This document shows positions 12,408 to 26,739 of a DNA stretch of 64,000 nt, one piece after another; position 1 is the first letter of the stretch, and each line of letters opens with the position of its first letter. Both the position numbers and the translations under genes were made by a program. Where the stretch lies: positions 930,001-994,000 of the forward strand of contig RDEW01000014.1 of NCBI GenBank assembly GCA_011109175.1, read 5' to 3'. The notes under the pieces are model-generated. The model was not told the DNA's origin, did not search any database, and was given only the letters and a program-made list of their open reading frames with translations. Source of the stretch: Dicyema japonicum (taxonomy: Eukaryota > Animalia > Dicyemida).

Positions 12408-14240
12408 ATGGCAATTACTGAATCAATGAGCCAAATTTCATTAAGAAAGCTAGTTTTTCAGGTAATTTAATAATAATGTATAGATTATGATTTGCTTCTG
12501 GATGACGTGAAAAACTTTAAGAAACATGCTCTATATTATTTAAAGGGACCACTTAGTAAATGGAAGGAAAGACGGCGATATCCAGTAAAAATGATTGTGC
12601 AGCTACTCAAGGTGGTGATTATTACGTCACAGGTGGTGTTTTGAATTATTAAGGTTACATTTTTGGACAACAACATCAGTTGAAGATCCCACCACCAGTC
12701 CTGGACAGATATTTTATCAAAGACTACGACATTTCCAAATCTGTGCATTAGAATCCCCATATATTACGAACTTAGACGAAATGGTGGATCTAATAAATTT
12801 TATTGTCAATCGGGTATTTATTAAAACTTTTATTTAACTAAATTAAATTTAAATATATATAATAAATTAACCTAATTTTTTAGTACCTAAATATTTCAGC
12901 TGAAATGCTGAATCGATTTAATTTTTTTAAATTGAATAGCACTCACTTATTCCCCATCGAAATATGCAGAGACTTTTACGACATAGACATTCTAACCAAA
13001 GTAAGTGACCCATGGAGAATACGAGACTCTTTTACAGCGGTTTCTATAAATCATAATTAAAGACTGCTCTAATTTCACAATACCAATCAATTCGGGGATT
13101 TTCTATTCCAAGGGACAACATTTACAGGAATAATTCTGCTTATCGAAAGTACTCATATTCTCTATTATAGCACATTTGCAATCAAAATAATAATAAATCT
13201 GATTTCGGTTTCTGTTATGAAGTTTCAAAATTTTGAGAGACTTGTGAGGGAAAAAATAATTTACAATGTTTCGTTTACTGTAATCTGGTAGATCGAACTC
13301 TTCAGCGAAAGATTGAGCGGAATATACATAATTTCCAGTTCCGCCTTCTATGAGGATTTTCATCAAGGTATTTATCACGTTTACTGTTGTGACGGAATAC
13401 AGTCGCTCGATGGAAATTGCGGTTCACTTCCTGGTGTTAGTACTGAGCCTTATTTCGATGACCACGTGCTTGCGGTCAATGATAAAATCATGCTTTCTCG
13501 CGAAGGTTGGTCACCTACTTTATTGAAGGTGACTCGGAGACTTTTTAGTCGAATAAAAGGGGAGAGACTGTCGATTTCAGAACTTTTGGTTTATTTTGAC
13601 GGTTGGAACTTTGTGATATTTTAATCGACGTCAGCAACATCGTAGTCACTATTCTGACTTTGATGCCACTTAGCGTCTTATTTATATTTGTAGATTAGAC
13701 ACGATTTAACCAAAAACTTGCGATTGTGTATGCAATCAACGTTTTTTTCATTTGGATCGGTCTGATTCGATATTTACAGTCATTTGCGGGATTTAACGTA
13801 TATTTTGGTGCAAATTCAGATTCTCGTGATGACTATGCGTTTATCCTTACTCACTGTGCTCAGATTCATGTCCTGTGGTCATCGTATTTATGGGATTTCT
13901 TTTTGCCGGCTGGGTGTCCTCTCCATCTCTACAATATCCGGGTACTGAACTTGTTTACTCGAGTTTTCCACCTGTACATCACAGCCACACTTTGTTCGCC
14001 ATAATGAATGGAGATGATTATGAACAATGTCGTTAACTGACCCGATGTTAAGCTGTATTCGGATATTTATCAGATCATCTTTATATCTTTCTTCATTTAT
14101 GTTGTCCTGTCGTTGTTTACGTCTATTTTTGTTCAATTTTATGAGACTTCGACGGTTGATTTATTGGTTATTATAGGAATTTTGTTATACTGTTCCAAAA
14201 GTTGACAGAGTCTCTGACTTTCTTAGAGAGATGACTAAAT
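12408..14240 (+). pseudogene. MCOLN: Mucolipin (TRPML) channel gene with multiple frame disruptions
   Basis: YYFKGPLSKWKERRRYPVKMIVQLLKVVIITSQ (S1), YFDGWNFV, WIGLIRYL, pore LFAIMNGDD, S6 FISFFIYVVLSLF. Contains micro-introns and several frameshifts. Confidence 0.8.
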
Positions 14241-14559
14241 TTTATTATTTTAAAGAATTTAATTTTTTTTAGAATTTGTTTTTATAGACTTCTGCTATCA
14301 CGTGAATAAAAACCGTGCTTTTTGCGAGAGGTATAGTACTTATTGCTCCCCCAGTCAAGAAACATACTTTATTGGTGTAAAAAACAGTCAAAATAGTAAG
14401 GGACAAAGTAATGCTCTTCACTTTTTTTTATTTGCCTGTGAGGCCTAGTAGACGATCTGATTCCCCAGTAAAGTATTCACTCTTAAAGACGTCACTCGTC
14501 AATCTCTTATCCTCTACCCTCTTTACGATAAGCGATTCGATACGGTTCAACATGGTCAG

Positions 14560-15850
14560 TGATCTGCTTTCTATGAATCCTGATGTTTTCACGGCGACTG
14601 GTTCAAAGTGAACTTTCCATCGAGATGTATTTCTTTTTCTTTAGGTTCTCAGCAATTTCCAAGGCTGAGTCTAGGTAAGTTGCTGTCATTGCAAGGTTTA
14701 ATGGAAAGAGGTCATCCACACAGGTGGTGTCCCAGGGGATGTATCTACCACTTCCCATGGGAAGAGAGTTGTCCCGTCAGGCCTTTTGTTGGCTGGGGCC
14801 AAATCTACCTATTCTGAGTGTCTTACGAACTGGCAATGAAATTTCGAATTGAGTAAGTTGCCACTTCACATCTATTAAGAATCTCAACTCCAAGTTGAAT
14901 TGGGCTCAGTTCGTGGCTGAGTTTTGTAAGCTGCTCTGGCAGCAATCTTCGACGTCAAGATTCTGAGTACGTTGCTTATAGCGCTGAGTCCTAACCCACC
15001 ACAATTTTAATGCAAACAGGAGTTCTCGGGGATTGTGGTTAGTAAGACTTTCCATATCAGAGGTCGTGACAGGAGTAAGGTCCTTAATATAGCTTGGACG
15101 TAGACCATCTAAACCAGCACTGCTGCATCCTGGGAATGATGAATTAACAGATCGTATATCACATTTGGTGGTTATCAAATCCAAATTTTCGTCTTGGGTA
15201 GATCTACTGGGGCGAGTGGATCCTTATAAATGATCTGTTCGAGAGTATCTTTTGTTGGTAAAAGAACCTTATCGTTGCTGTAGAGCGTACGCAAGGCTCC
15301 CTAAATGTCCCAGACCATGATCTTCCTGTTCACTTATGAGATTGCTGGATGATGGGGTGAATAATGGGAAGACTTCCAAGTGCAGTTGTCAGGTTAACAG
15401 TTTCTTATTTAGAGTCATTTCTCTTGATGATTGATTTGAAGTTCCCTTCTTTCATTTCGGTTGGATGTAATCCAGGTACAAGAGGTGCAAATCAGAGAAG
15501 GCGGATTCATGCATCTTGAGTATTGTCTTGATTTTCCTTGTGATTAGCTTTGAAAGACAGGAAGTAACTGTTAGAAGCGATCTTAGGATTCTGAGTTGGA
15601 TGACCCTCTCAGATAGACATTATCCTTGCTAGATAGATCCAGGACAGATCAGAAGAAGACTCCTTCCACTGACTAATTCCCAAGGCATGACCAATTCGGC
15701 AGAGATTGTGGGGTCCTTCTTGTTAGCTTGTAGCACCCAAGGTGTCCGAAATTTGGACAACGGGACAATTGAATACCGACTTTCTTCTTGTTTGTTTTGC
15801 CACAGAGTAGACCGGAAGAGACGTACGGGAAGTATGGTCTCTTGAGTCCA
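14560..15850 (-). mobile_element. Degraded CRE-like (RT-RLE) retrotransposon
   Basis: SSAGLDGLRPSYIKDL; RLE remnant RPDGTTLFPWEVVD. Confidence 0.75.
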
Positions 15851-17109
15851 TTTTAAGTTAAGTTTGATTCACTAAGTTTTTATCATTTTCATTCCGAGAC
15901 TCAAAGTGGCTCAATAACCAAACTTACACGTTTTTGGTTGATTATTTTTTTTAACACACTAGCATTCTCAGAGACCCATAAATTGTACTACTCAGTGACT
16001 TAACCTTAGGGAATACACCGGATTGTCGACCAATATTTCTGTTATATCGAAGACCAGCTAGCAAGTAGTTAGTTGGTGGTTGGTTGGTTGAGGTGGCGAC
16101 AAATATTTTAATCTCTTCTTGATTTATATGATGTTTCGTTCTTCCTCTCCAATGGAAGAAATGATAGACTCAAGTGGATATACGAAGTTTCGGAACGAGG
16201 AAACGTCAGATACACTATGGTGCGTGTTTGATTGTCGTCTAGCACAAAATTTGGAAGATAGATAAGTCTTCCATGAAAGGAACAGGAATAAGTTGGATTA
16301 TTATTTCTCGAGCGTTCTTAATTTATTAAAAAATCTAATATTGTTTGTAAAAATCCAACAAAGGTTGAAAGCCATATAATTCGACTTAAAATACTCGAAA
16401 AAACCGACTGGACAAGTAAAGTCAACATTTTTTTGTTTAGTTTCTAAGACTTTGTCCATTTCTCATGAGTTTGTTCTATTAGTTCCAAAAGATGGTTTGA
16501 TCTATCGAAGGATATGTTCCGGAGTTCAAATAAATGAAACTACAGAGTTCCTATAATAGTAATGTCGTCAGGAATGAAGACAGAATTTCGTATCTGTTCT
16601 CACTCTGGAATTCCGAATTCTACAGGCGAAACTTAAATCTCTGAATAGATTCAATTTCGCAACATCTGAAATGTTACTTTAGTCAATCCTCCAGGAAACA
16701 GCTGATATCAACACAAATTATTGATTATGCGAATGAATTTATTCCAAAGACCACAAATTATGACCAGAAATAGATAATTGATCCCTTGGAAGGCAGAATA
16801 ATATCAGCACTCTCACAAGACCCATAATTCCTATACCTCTGATGTGCAGGACACACACTTTATTTTGAAAGTTATGTCAACTAATTGTTTGCCAGGACCC
16901 AAGGCATGTTGAAAATTTCTTTTGATTGCATGCGAGTCCTTGTAGACGATCCAGTTCAGCAGTGAGGTAGCAATGATAATGACGTCATTCGTAAAGTCAG
17001 GAAGCATCTTAAATGCGGAAACGATCAGCCAAGCAGCGAGATTCGAATGAAGTGTTCTCTATCATTTTAACGTTTTATTTTAAATAATATTTTTGATGAT
17101 AAATTAATT

Positions 17110-17298
17110 AAAATTTTTTTTTAACAATTAAACAAATATCAGTTGAGGAAGCCTGCTTCGTGGATTGCGAACGAGTTCCTCGGAGTATGGCTATTCCAAT
17201 CTTTTGTCTTAGCCATAGCCCTTCTCGTTGATCCCTTTTCTTTCTGGCAAGCAATCCTCCGAGTTCTTGCAAGAATTCAGCCGTCATTGGACCAAGAT
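17110..17298 (-). mobile_element. 3' end fragment of CRE-like element with A-rich tail
   Basis: Near-identical to 43215-43410. Confidence 0.85.
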
Positions 17299-18509
17299 AA
17301 TTGAAAATATTAATAATAAAAAATATCGGATTTGTTACTTCATGTACATAAAAATAACACTTTCAGCGTTTGTTCTGTGAAAAGGAAATTATTAATAAAA
17401 AACGACTTAAGAAATTCAGCAAAACAAACAAAAGCCAATTTCGAAATCCAATTTCGTCCATTTATTTTTAAAGATCTCGTCAAAGTAAAGAAATTTGACA
17501 TTCAGTGCAAATTCAAAAACTCTTGGGGTGACTCACAGTCCCTTATATGCGAGGACATCCCGTACGTTAATTACTCCCGACCACATTCTCCTGGGAGCCA
17601 ATAAAGAAGAATATCTTGGTATGTACCCTTTCTAAAGGAAAGGTAGAAGATGAGTACGTCCTTCAGAACATTCTATATATTGGGGAGGGAAAAGACGTCT
17701 TTGTCACAGAACTGATCCATAATTACAACGGGAAAATCGGGTTCACGACCACACTGATTTGGAGAATCTGGATGAGGAAGATCTTCACGAAATTAATCGA
17801 ATTTGTTGGTACCTCGAATTTCCGTCAAATTAGGGCTTATGGATATGCATTTGAGAAATAGACAGAGGAAATCGTATATGACTGCGTGTCCCAAATGTTC
17901 TCGATCATTTTAACACCGGAACAGTTCAAACAACGACATGAACGGATTTTCACCAACAAAAGTTCTTTTTGTGTAACTATTAAAAAAGTTTAAAATTCTC
18001 ATTTTTAATGACATGACCTATTTTGAATGACACTATTTTCATTTTGAGTGACACTCTTATTTGAATGACATTCTTATTCTGAATGGGAAATGGCATAGTT
18101 TCTCGTGCGTGTATAAATACTATAGCCATAAATACGACATGAATTTAATAGCAATAATTTAAAAAATATCCAAAACACACCGTCGGAAAAAAGAAATTTT
18201 TCGATATCACAAAAGTCCACCTAGAACCAAGAAAACATCCAGTCCATGCAAGTGTGAAAGCACTTTGGGAGCGACAAACATTAAAAAGTGTAAATGTCTA
18301 TCAAATCCCTAATGTCTGAAATCTATATGCTAATATTTATCATTATTATTAATAATTGATTTTTCAATTTAATAATTTATGCTTAAAATATGTTTCCACA
18401 AAAATAAGTAGTAGTTTAATGGATACAATCACAATAACAAATAAAATTCGTATTTAATGGGAAATCAAACTTTAGATCGAAGGTTGTTAGTGATAAAAAT
18501 ATCTTAAGA

Positions 18510-18770
18510 GATTAAAAGTTATTCCAAAGACCAAGGGTAAAACCAAACTAATTCCTTGATCCTGATTCGTTTCAGCAGAACCCTCACACAAAAACAGTGG
18601 TCCAGAGAACGTTGTCCGGGGAGTTGAGGTCGATTCCTGAACGATTCCGATTCCGAAATTTTATCCTGGTTGAATAAATAGATATCCTGTTGAACGCCTG
18701 ACAGGCACTAGGAGTCTCCAGAGTAAGGCAGATCCAATGACGTCACCATAGTGAAGAAAGAGACATCTTT
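18510..18770 (-). repeat. Dispersed ~200-bp repeat family, copy 1
   Basis: Reverse complement matches 26740-26940 and 62178-62380 (cattggatc..ccttac, cccttggtctttggaataa). Confidence 0.75.
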
Positions 18771-19480
18771 AATCAATTAGCCATATGGCGACACGCGACC
18801 GAAGAATCTAAGTTATCACTTTGACTTATCATATAGTTCATATTTTAGTTTATTAATTATTAGTTAAATAATAAACAAAATATAAAAATTTAAACATTGA
18901 CTATTAATGTGTTTTGTATGAATAACGGTAAAACTCTAATCGCTAAACATGATTTCCAAATACCCATTAATCAAGGATTTCACTTAGAAAGGAAGTATTC
19001 AAAAAATGGCTATATTCAATTTACAACTGAATTACCGGTAGAGTTGACTTGTAAAGTATACTAAATCAATGATATCTTTTAGATTGAGAAGACTATCTGC
19101 ACTCAGATTGTCGACCAAATAAATAAAATTTTATTTGAGACCGAACAAATAACTATACGAAGCATTCTTGAGTCTCTCATGGGCTTTATAACTTTCTATT
19201 TATGGTTCACCCTGTTTGATTCACAATTTGTCAAGGTTTGATCTTTCATAGCATTATAGGGTGTAGCCAACCTCTCTTGTTATATTAATGAATGCAATCG
19301 AACAGTATTTATTCCACGTGGATTGTTTATGGTTGACCCGACAGTACACGGATTCAGATTTGTAATATTTTTTATTAACTAATAGCTTGAAATTGTAGCA
19401 TTCGACACTACGGCACTTAAATTGGGAGATTCATTTATTTGATATTGAAAAGATAAAATAATTGTAATAATAAACAAAAA

Positions 19481-22400
19481 TCAGTCAATTGTGGGCATAT
19501 TTAGTATCTCTTGTTTTGACTCTTCGACCTCTGTTGTTACTTCGGCGTCATGACTCAAAACCTGGGACAATTGCTCGACAAATTGCTCGGGGATCACAGT
19601 TCCTAGTTATATAAGTGATTTTGTAAAACCAATAATTCTCTTTCGGTCCGCAGTACGCAGTCTTACGACTTGGAGACGAGAATGTTTAGCCCCAATAATA
19701 TTTTCGAGAGTCTCCCAAATACTGAGTAAAGACCCAACTAGTATTCGGTACGTCCGCTTACGTAGCCCCACCTCACAGTGGGTGTCACGACATTTCCCAT
19801 TACTAGGATACTTTAATATAGTACGAACCTCAACACGTGTGTACATTTTGTGGCTGATTTTTCGTACAATTTGACCCACAGCTGTTTTGCGTATTCAAAT
19901 CCCTCAATCTACAAATATACACATGGATCAACTTTAGTATAGTTCTGTTTCAAAACATGAATGCTTTCCAGTCTTTTAATCATTCCCACATTGGGTCTAT
20001 ATATTTGCATCATCTCTTTCCCATCCTTTCTCACTCCACCAGGGGAACTTTGAACAGCTAACAAAACAGATCCCTACAATATATCAGCCATCTACCTCTT
20101 TTGAGACGTAAAAACCGCTATCAACATCCCCATGACATCTTAGAACGTCAAAAGCAACATCCCATATCATCCCCCTCTACACGAACCTGCACGTGTCAAT
20201 CAACGAAACTTTATGAAGTTCTGTTTTGCCACTCCAATCAGAAGCATTACGTTGGAATGACTTGACTTGGACAATCTCCACCTTATCACCCTCAGAGCCA
20301 AGGTCTGCGATATAGAGGATAAATAACCATTATTCCCTCATCGAATGTACCAGCACGCTTGGCCTGCTTCATTGTGTAGTCTTGAAGACTCGTAAAAAAC
20401 TCAAATATGGAATTTTGAAGCTCAACTTCGATTCCAAGCAAACGGTTAAGAAATCGGCTGACAGACACAGTATCTAGAGCTCATAGCCAAACAACCAACC
20501 AGGAGTAGAACCAGGAGCTACATTTGAGATTAACCCAACACCAACAAAGGCGTTATAGGCATCTAAAAAATTCCCAAAACAAAGCACCATTAATAAAGGA
20601 TCCAGTATAACTAGTAACCAAAGGGACCGGGGAAGGAATGGACTTGGTAATGATTCTTATTAGTAACTCAAGTGCAGTCCTCCCATGCTATATATCAAGA
20701 ATGCCTGAAAACCTTGTTTTCAATATTGAATTGAGAAAAGTCCTGAGCGTCTGTAGCTCTTCGATCACCATGCATTAATGCGCCGAGAGATTCAAGTCTT
20801 CTAGCCACGGTGGCAGCAAATCGCCTCTCTCCTGCCAGTTCAGACATCAAGAACACGTATTCCGGTGCACTCACTTGATTTGAACGATGGGTACGTCCTA
20901 AAAAATAAATTTTCGAAATACCAAATTGCTGAACTGCTCGATCTGCACTCCAAGGTAACTCCAATGTAATATGGATTCTTCGTTTTTGATTTTGAGCACG
21001 TCTATCAGCCTGGAGTGAAATACCCTGACTAGCAGCTTCGGATATGATGGCTACGAGCTAACAAGGTAAAGACATTAAGTTAACTTTATCCCCATCCATA
21101 AATCTCTGTCTTTCTGTTAGGTTAAGAATTTCCAGAGGAACATCATTAGCCGACCTTAGTTGAAATACAGCTTTTCCACCCTCTCCTGTAACAATTCGGC
21201 CTCTTCTCCCTGTCATCTAAAAAATATAAAAAATTCCAAACCTCCGCAACTTTGTCAGACCCTCCAAGCATTTCTATCAAATAATCAAGGGTATTTGGCG
21301 GCAGCAGAGGACCAAGTTTATTGACTGTATCAATTGATCTCTGTTTAAGATGGTAGACATCAGCATACTGGGTGACTACAAGTCAATAAAAAACACTAAC
21401 CATCAGATCCAGTGTTATTCCAGAGAGCAGCTGATTCAGCAATAAATCTGTCGATTGAACTCAAAGTTTCAGCACCCCCAGTAGTACCCAACCTTGGACG
21501 GCCACGTTTACGTTTTTCTAAAGTCAAAAAAAATACAAACCAGTAAAACCAACAGTGACAAATTCGTCATCAGAGGCATCAGATGAGTTCGAGTCGACGT
21601 CAGATTTTAAGTTTTTTTCGATGGTTTGTCATATTTCTTTTTGTATGCATTATCAAATGAGAGCTTAGAAATCTCCGAGCTGTCAATAAAGAAGAGATCA
21701 TCATCAGAAGCTTCATCATGAGAAGCAACATGTGTGGATTCGTTTGGAGTCACAGAGTTTGCGAAAGATTTAGCCATATCGTGAGTTGGGAAATGTCGTT
21801 CAATCAAAGACATCAATATTCCCCTAAAAATTAAAAAAATCATCAAACTTTGCATTAGAGGCAAATTCAGATATTTCTTTGGTGTTTTCGTCCATCGCAT
21901 CCATCATTTGGGCTTCCCCAGTAGATTGAAGTCCAATAACAATGCACTGACAATAAAAAAAACAAATTCAACCCGACCACTAGCAATCTCTTGTTTACAC
22001 AGTCTGACACACTGCTCAACCTTTGCCCCAATACAGATATGCTTGAAAAATCTTTGGTGCGCAGCCCAATACTGACCCCATATTCTCTTCCGTCCCTTTG
22101 TGCACAAACCAACCAAATTGGCAGCCGTTTTAAAGTCATCAAACAACCTCAGCCACTAAAGATAGATATCACTATATTACCAATCTAACAGAGGCGTTGT
22201 AGAGTTTAACAAAATCCGAACTGATTGAACATTCTTCGTTACGAAAAGTTACGTTCTGAAAGCTAAGTTGTCTCGCCAAGTAAATCCCACGCATTTTCAT
22301 ATCCATAGCCAGTAACTCCATAGCACCAACACCCCTAAAATTGATATAGAAATAAGCACCTCTTATCGATTGACTCCAAAAATGCCCCAAAATCAACGAA

Positions 22401-23856
22401 AGGAGTCCCACGTCCCCACAATCCTAATCTCACCATATATGCCATATTCTTTGGTTCTGTGGCTCCCGTAGCACTCGAATAGACTACTCTGGCAAGTGGG
22501 CATTTATTCTGCAGTTCCAAAACAATCCTTCCAGTTTTTGAAGACTTTGAGGTGGAATTACATACAAGGTTCTTAGCCTTGTGGCATTCGTCCAAAATAA
22601 TCTAATTCAAAATAAAAGTATACAAGTCCGTCAAAATTCGGGCCAAACCACTTAAGTATTTGTTTTAATCTTGTTTGGGCCTTTCCATTAACAGTACTGT
22701 GACTCTCACTGACAAGACTCGAGTATGTGGCGAAAATGACTCCTTTCTTGACCTTCCCATTAACGTCCGATGATATTTTGTCGTATTTAAACTTTACTCA
22801 ACATTAAAAAATACTTTGTTAAGAGAGTAAACAGGTATAAATTCGGCATCAATGTCGTCAAGATCACGTCTACAATCTATTTTAAGGTCGTTGGAAACAC
22901 TCAGCCTATGAATCGATAAATTCTATCAACCAGACGGCTTTCTTTCTTCCAAGCAGATAATTTTCAAGAACAAGAGCGGCCAAAGTCCTTCCCTTTCCAA
23001 CTCCGGCGCCATCGCCTTTGATGAGTTATCCTCACCATACCAATCAGATAACCAGCCCTTTCTCCACTCTCCATGAACTTCTCATGTCTTTGGCAAGCGT
23101 AAATGACCGCCTCCAATTGGAGAGAAGACAAAAGTCCCCGCATTATTATATCTTGGTCAAAGTTCAACTTATATTTAATTGGAGGAGGTTGAACAGACGA
23201 TAATGAAGCGGTCTCCACTATTGGGTCCGGATGTTTTGTCCCATATTGCACTGAAAATTAAGACAGAAATCACATCTTGCAGGAGTGTACTCTCCAAAAG
23301 TCTCTGCGTAGCCAAGATTATCGTCGTCTTCATCGGATTCCTCCTGCCTGATACCAGCGTTGTTATGAATTATAGGAGCTTTAATATTTTCGTGAATATC
23401 CATTCTCATTTGTCTCTTCGGTTGAGAGTAGGGAATTTCGATAACGTCATTCGCAATGACGTTATTGCTAGGTCTTTTATTTATGTGAAAAGTGAGCTGC
23501 TTTATCGGTTCCGGACGTCTTAAGACAGGAACAGCAGGCTTGCCGAATGGTCTCACTAAGGCGTTAGATTTGATTTTTATGGAGGAAGGACGGGTAAAAT
23601 TCTGACTGAATAAGAAATTTTGATAATTTAAAAAACCTTTTATTTGAAACGCCGTTCGATTGAGGGGAAGGTTTAGTAGAGATTACAATGCGCTTAGAAC
23701 TATTAATTTTTGCATCACTAGGTGTCGTTTGAAGTAATAAGGTCTTCCCCTTATCAGGTTGACCAACTATTTTAACTACGTTTTGCTAAAATATAGAGGA
23801 ATTAATAAAACTTTTAAAATTCCAGATGACTTAGAGTCTTGATAAATGTCTCCCAT
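19481..23856 (-). CDS. SBNO: Protein strawberry notch homolog, many micro-introns
   Basis: [75 protein letters not shown] and CEVGLR motifs. The introns I traced are 22-27 nt. Two apparent indels near 21615 and 20175. Confidence 0.95.
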
Positions 23857-24939
23857 CAAATATATTTCTATTAATAATTATAAAGTCATTATTATTAAAA
23901 TATTGACCAGTATCAATATTAAATTAAATAAAAAATGAGCAACAAAAAACAATACACAAGAAGCTTTTCAAAATTAAGTGAAAATGCTTTATTTTATTTG
24001 TTATTTAAAATAATATATTAATTTCATAATAAAATAATTTGAAAACTAAATAATTTATATAGTATTTATTCGAAATGCACTCAAACTTTAAAATTAACAG
24101 ACAAACGCCCAACTTATCTATTAAATGCGTAAATTTCCTTTTATAGAAATTACGTGAACGATATTGTTAATTAGTTTTAATTTTAAAAGTAATATTATTG
24201 ATTTTCACTTCCTATTATCTGTTATACTTTAAATTGGTTCCTAAATTACACTTCTTTTAGAATCCTCTTTAGTGCTAGACTATTTTATTTATTTCTCCAA
24301 GATCACCAGGTTGAAGGGAAAAAAGTATATCTTCACCTAACACAGTGATTCTAGACCGATAAGGACAGGTTTATCGACGAGGATGTTAACCTGCATTTTG
24401 TGGAGTTTTCATTTTATCTTAGAAGGATTTTGTATGGAGAAATCTTTTTTAAGGTTGGTCGCACTTAAAAATATTTCTTCGTCGTTCGAACTTTTTTCAG
24501 TCAACCTTTCGAGCGTCCAGCATCCTCAAATCCCATATCCTCCGTGGACTATCCAAATATCGGTGTCACCTCTCCGTGAGTTACCGACCCATGATTATGT
24601 TCTACTCACATCCTCTGAGAGTCTTCGTGATTACGATAGTTTGAATATATGCTGATGTGAAAAATCATCCACTATAGGCTTCATTCGATGGTTTTTGTGG
24701 GACTTAGTTTCATTAGCATCTCAGATTAGTGAAAAATTCTAATATTAGTATTGTAATTACATCTTTAATTGGAATTACCATCAACAATGAAAAATTATTG
24801 TAAAACCACATGGATTATAATTTTTACAATCATAATTACGCAACTTATTTCAATTTATTTGCGTAAAATATTTTAATGCGCACAGATTATAATTTTATTA
24901 TTATTACTAAAAAGCACTCCCGAGAAAACATAAAATTAG

Positions 24940-25110
24940 TTAAGTTTCCCTTGTACCGTATTCCGAACCGTCCTTTCGGTTAGTTTCGACCATGATCTTC
25001 TGTTGCGCACTAGTTCTCTTAGGTAGTCCAGGTCGTCTGCCATTTCCATTATAATATCAGATGCTGTCCACACCCTTGTAACGTAGTGAATCAGGTCCTG
25101 ATGGACTTAA
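24940..25110 (-). mobile_element. RTE 3' end fragment
   Basis: Resembles the 3' end of the RTE family (..caagggaaac). Confidence 0.5.
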
Positions 25111-25129
25111 AATTAATTTTACATTGCCT

Positions 25130-25500
25130 TAATAAAAAGATTATAATTTTACATTGCTTTAATAAATTTTTTTGAAAACAAAAACTTTATTAGATTAAGA
25201 AACAGTCAATTTGATGGTCATACAGTAGCCACCCTGACTGCGTGGGTATTCCCTTTCAGGATGGCGAGCGAGATTTGCTCAAATAACCAGCAGCCCTCAA
25301 AAAGATCTCCAGTGGATGTAGAAATCTGATTTCTTAGACGACCCAGGTATTCCAGTGTTGAAGACGCAAGGGAACTGGAAGTTTTCAACTGCGAGCGAAA
25401 CAAACAAAACATCATCGAGTAGGACCACGTATTTTGCAAGTTTCAATCTTTCGGCAGAACAGACTCTAGAGGTACTTTGATGTAGATTGTAAAGCGATTG
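25130..25500 (-). mobile_element. CRE-like 3' fragment
   Basis: WLFEQISLAILKGNTHAVRVAT closely matches the end of the 30166 ORF; A-rich tail. Confidence 0.85.
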
Positions 25501-26207
25501 ACTAGACAATTTATAAACGTGAAATAAATTCCCCACAATTTTTTAAATCAAAGAAGCTAACTAGATAATTTATTTTGATAATACGAAGGAACGAATGAGG
25601 ATTTTTTTAATTCTGTCAAGAATTAGGGGATTCATTATGTTAAGCTGTATCACAATTAGAAAATGAGCGATTTTTTTTAAACATCCGTCCCCTCATCGAA
25701 GTCCTTTGTAGAAATAAGCGCGGACACTTCTGAGAAGCGTTTTTACATTTTTTTGATACATGCCTTGAGACGATACTTGTGTCGATGGCTTCTCTTTTTC
25801 CAAACATACGCTGACAGCTACTCCCGAAACTCTTAAAGATAAAAATAAGCGGCCACAGCTAAAACTTTGACAATTTTAAAACCCAAATAGCTTTCCTTCC
25901 TATGTCCCATCAAATATTTGATAGCAAAAGAAAAAGAAAGCCAATAAGAGGATGACTTATTTACTGCATTTCCATCAACTCGTAAGAGGAAATGCGCTCT
26001 CAATCACCAGAGCTGCTTATAATTTATAACACTTTTTCTAAGAAGGCGAAAAAGAATTAATTAAATGGATTTTTAGTTACATAATGTTTTTAAATAAAAA
26101 CTACATTTCTGAAAGTTTTAAACAAGTCTAAAGAAAATATGATTATTTACTTTATTGACAGAAAACGTCCTCAGTTATAATCGAACAAATATAAAACAAG
26201 AGTAAAG

Positions 26208-26627
26208 TTAATCAATTTCTTCCAATTTCAAAGTTTTTTCGTTATTTCCCTCCTTAGGAGATATTATTGGGTAGTGGTGACAGTTCAATACTCGTTGAAC
26301 TGTGGGGCTAGAAATCTCAATGGAAAAAGTTTCGCTCACTAAGTTAACTAGGTCAGAAATTCTCACCGGATATTTTTCATTGGACCAGGCGACGACTTGT
26401 TGTTTTTGTTCCTGTGTTAATTTCGACCGTTTATCTCCCCCACGTGGCATAACGTCAATTATTCCAGTGCTATTATATTTCTTTACTATTCTCCAGACAG
26501 ACTTATAATTCAGGGACAAAACTCGGGCGATTCCAGCTGTCGTTTTTCCATCCAAACTCAATTTAATAATTTTCTGCCTCGTTTCGTAAGAGATTGGGGG
26601 AATTCTTCTTTTGGTATCATCAGTCAT
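26208..26627 (-). CDS. 139-aa Tc1/IS630-transposase-derived paired-like HTH protein, no DDE domain
   Basis: Uninterrupted ORF with ETRQKII..IARVLSLNYKSVWRIVKKY..PRGG..SKLT..ISSPTVQRVL. It stops before the catalytic domain. Confidence 0.7.
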   Translation of the reverse strand: MTDDTKRRIPPISYETRQKIIKLSLDGKTTAGIARVLSLNYKSVWRIVKKYNSTGIIDVMPRGGDKRSKLTQEQKQQVVAWSNEKYPVRISDLVNLVSETFSIEISSPTVQRVLNCHHYPIISPKEGNNEKTLKLEEID

Positions 26628-26739
26628 GAAAACGTATAAATAAAATCAAGTAATTTAAAATTTAATTATTTTTTACTAAAAAAGTTTATGTTATTTAAGT
26701 TCATAATTTTGGCCTCGTGTCGCTAGTTTGTCAAAAATT

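Noticed and set aside
16140-18110. Possible gag-like relic and Tc1-like relic with tgaatgaca subrepeats
   Set aside because: Too degraded to assign or bound with confidence.
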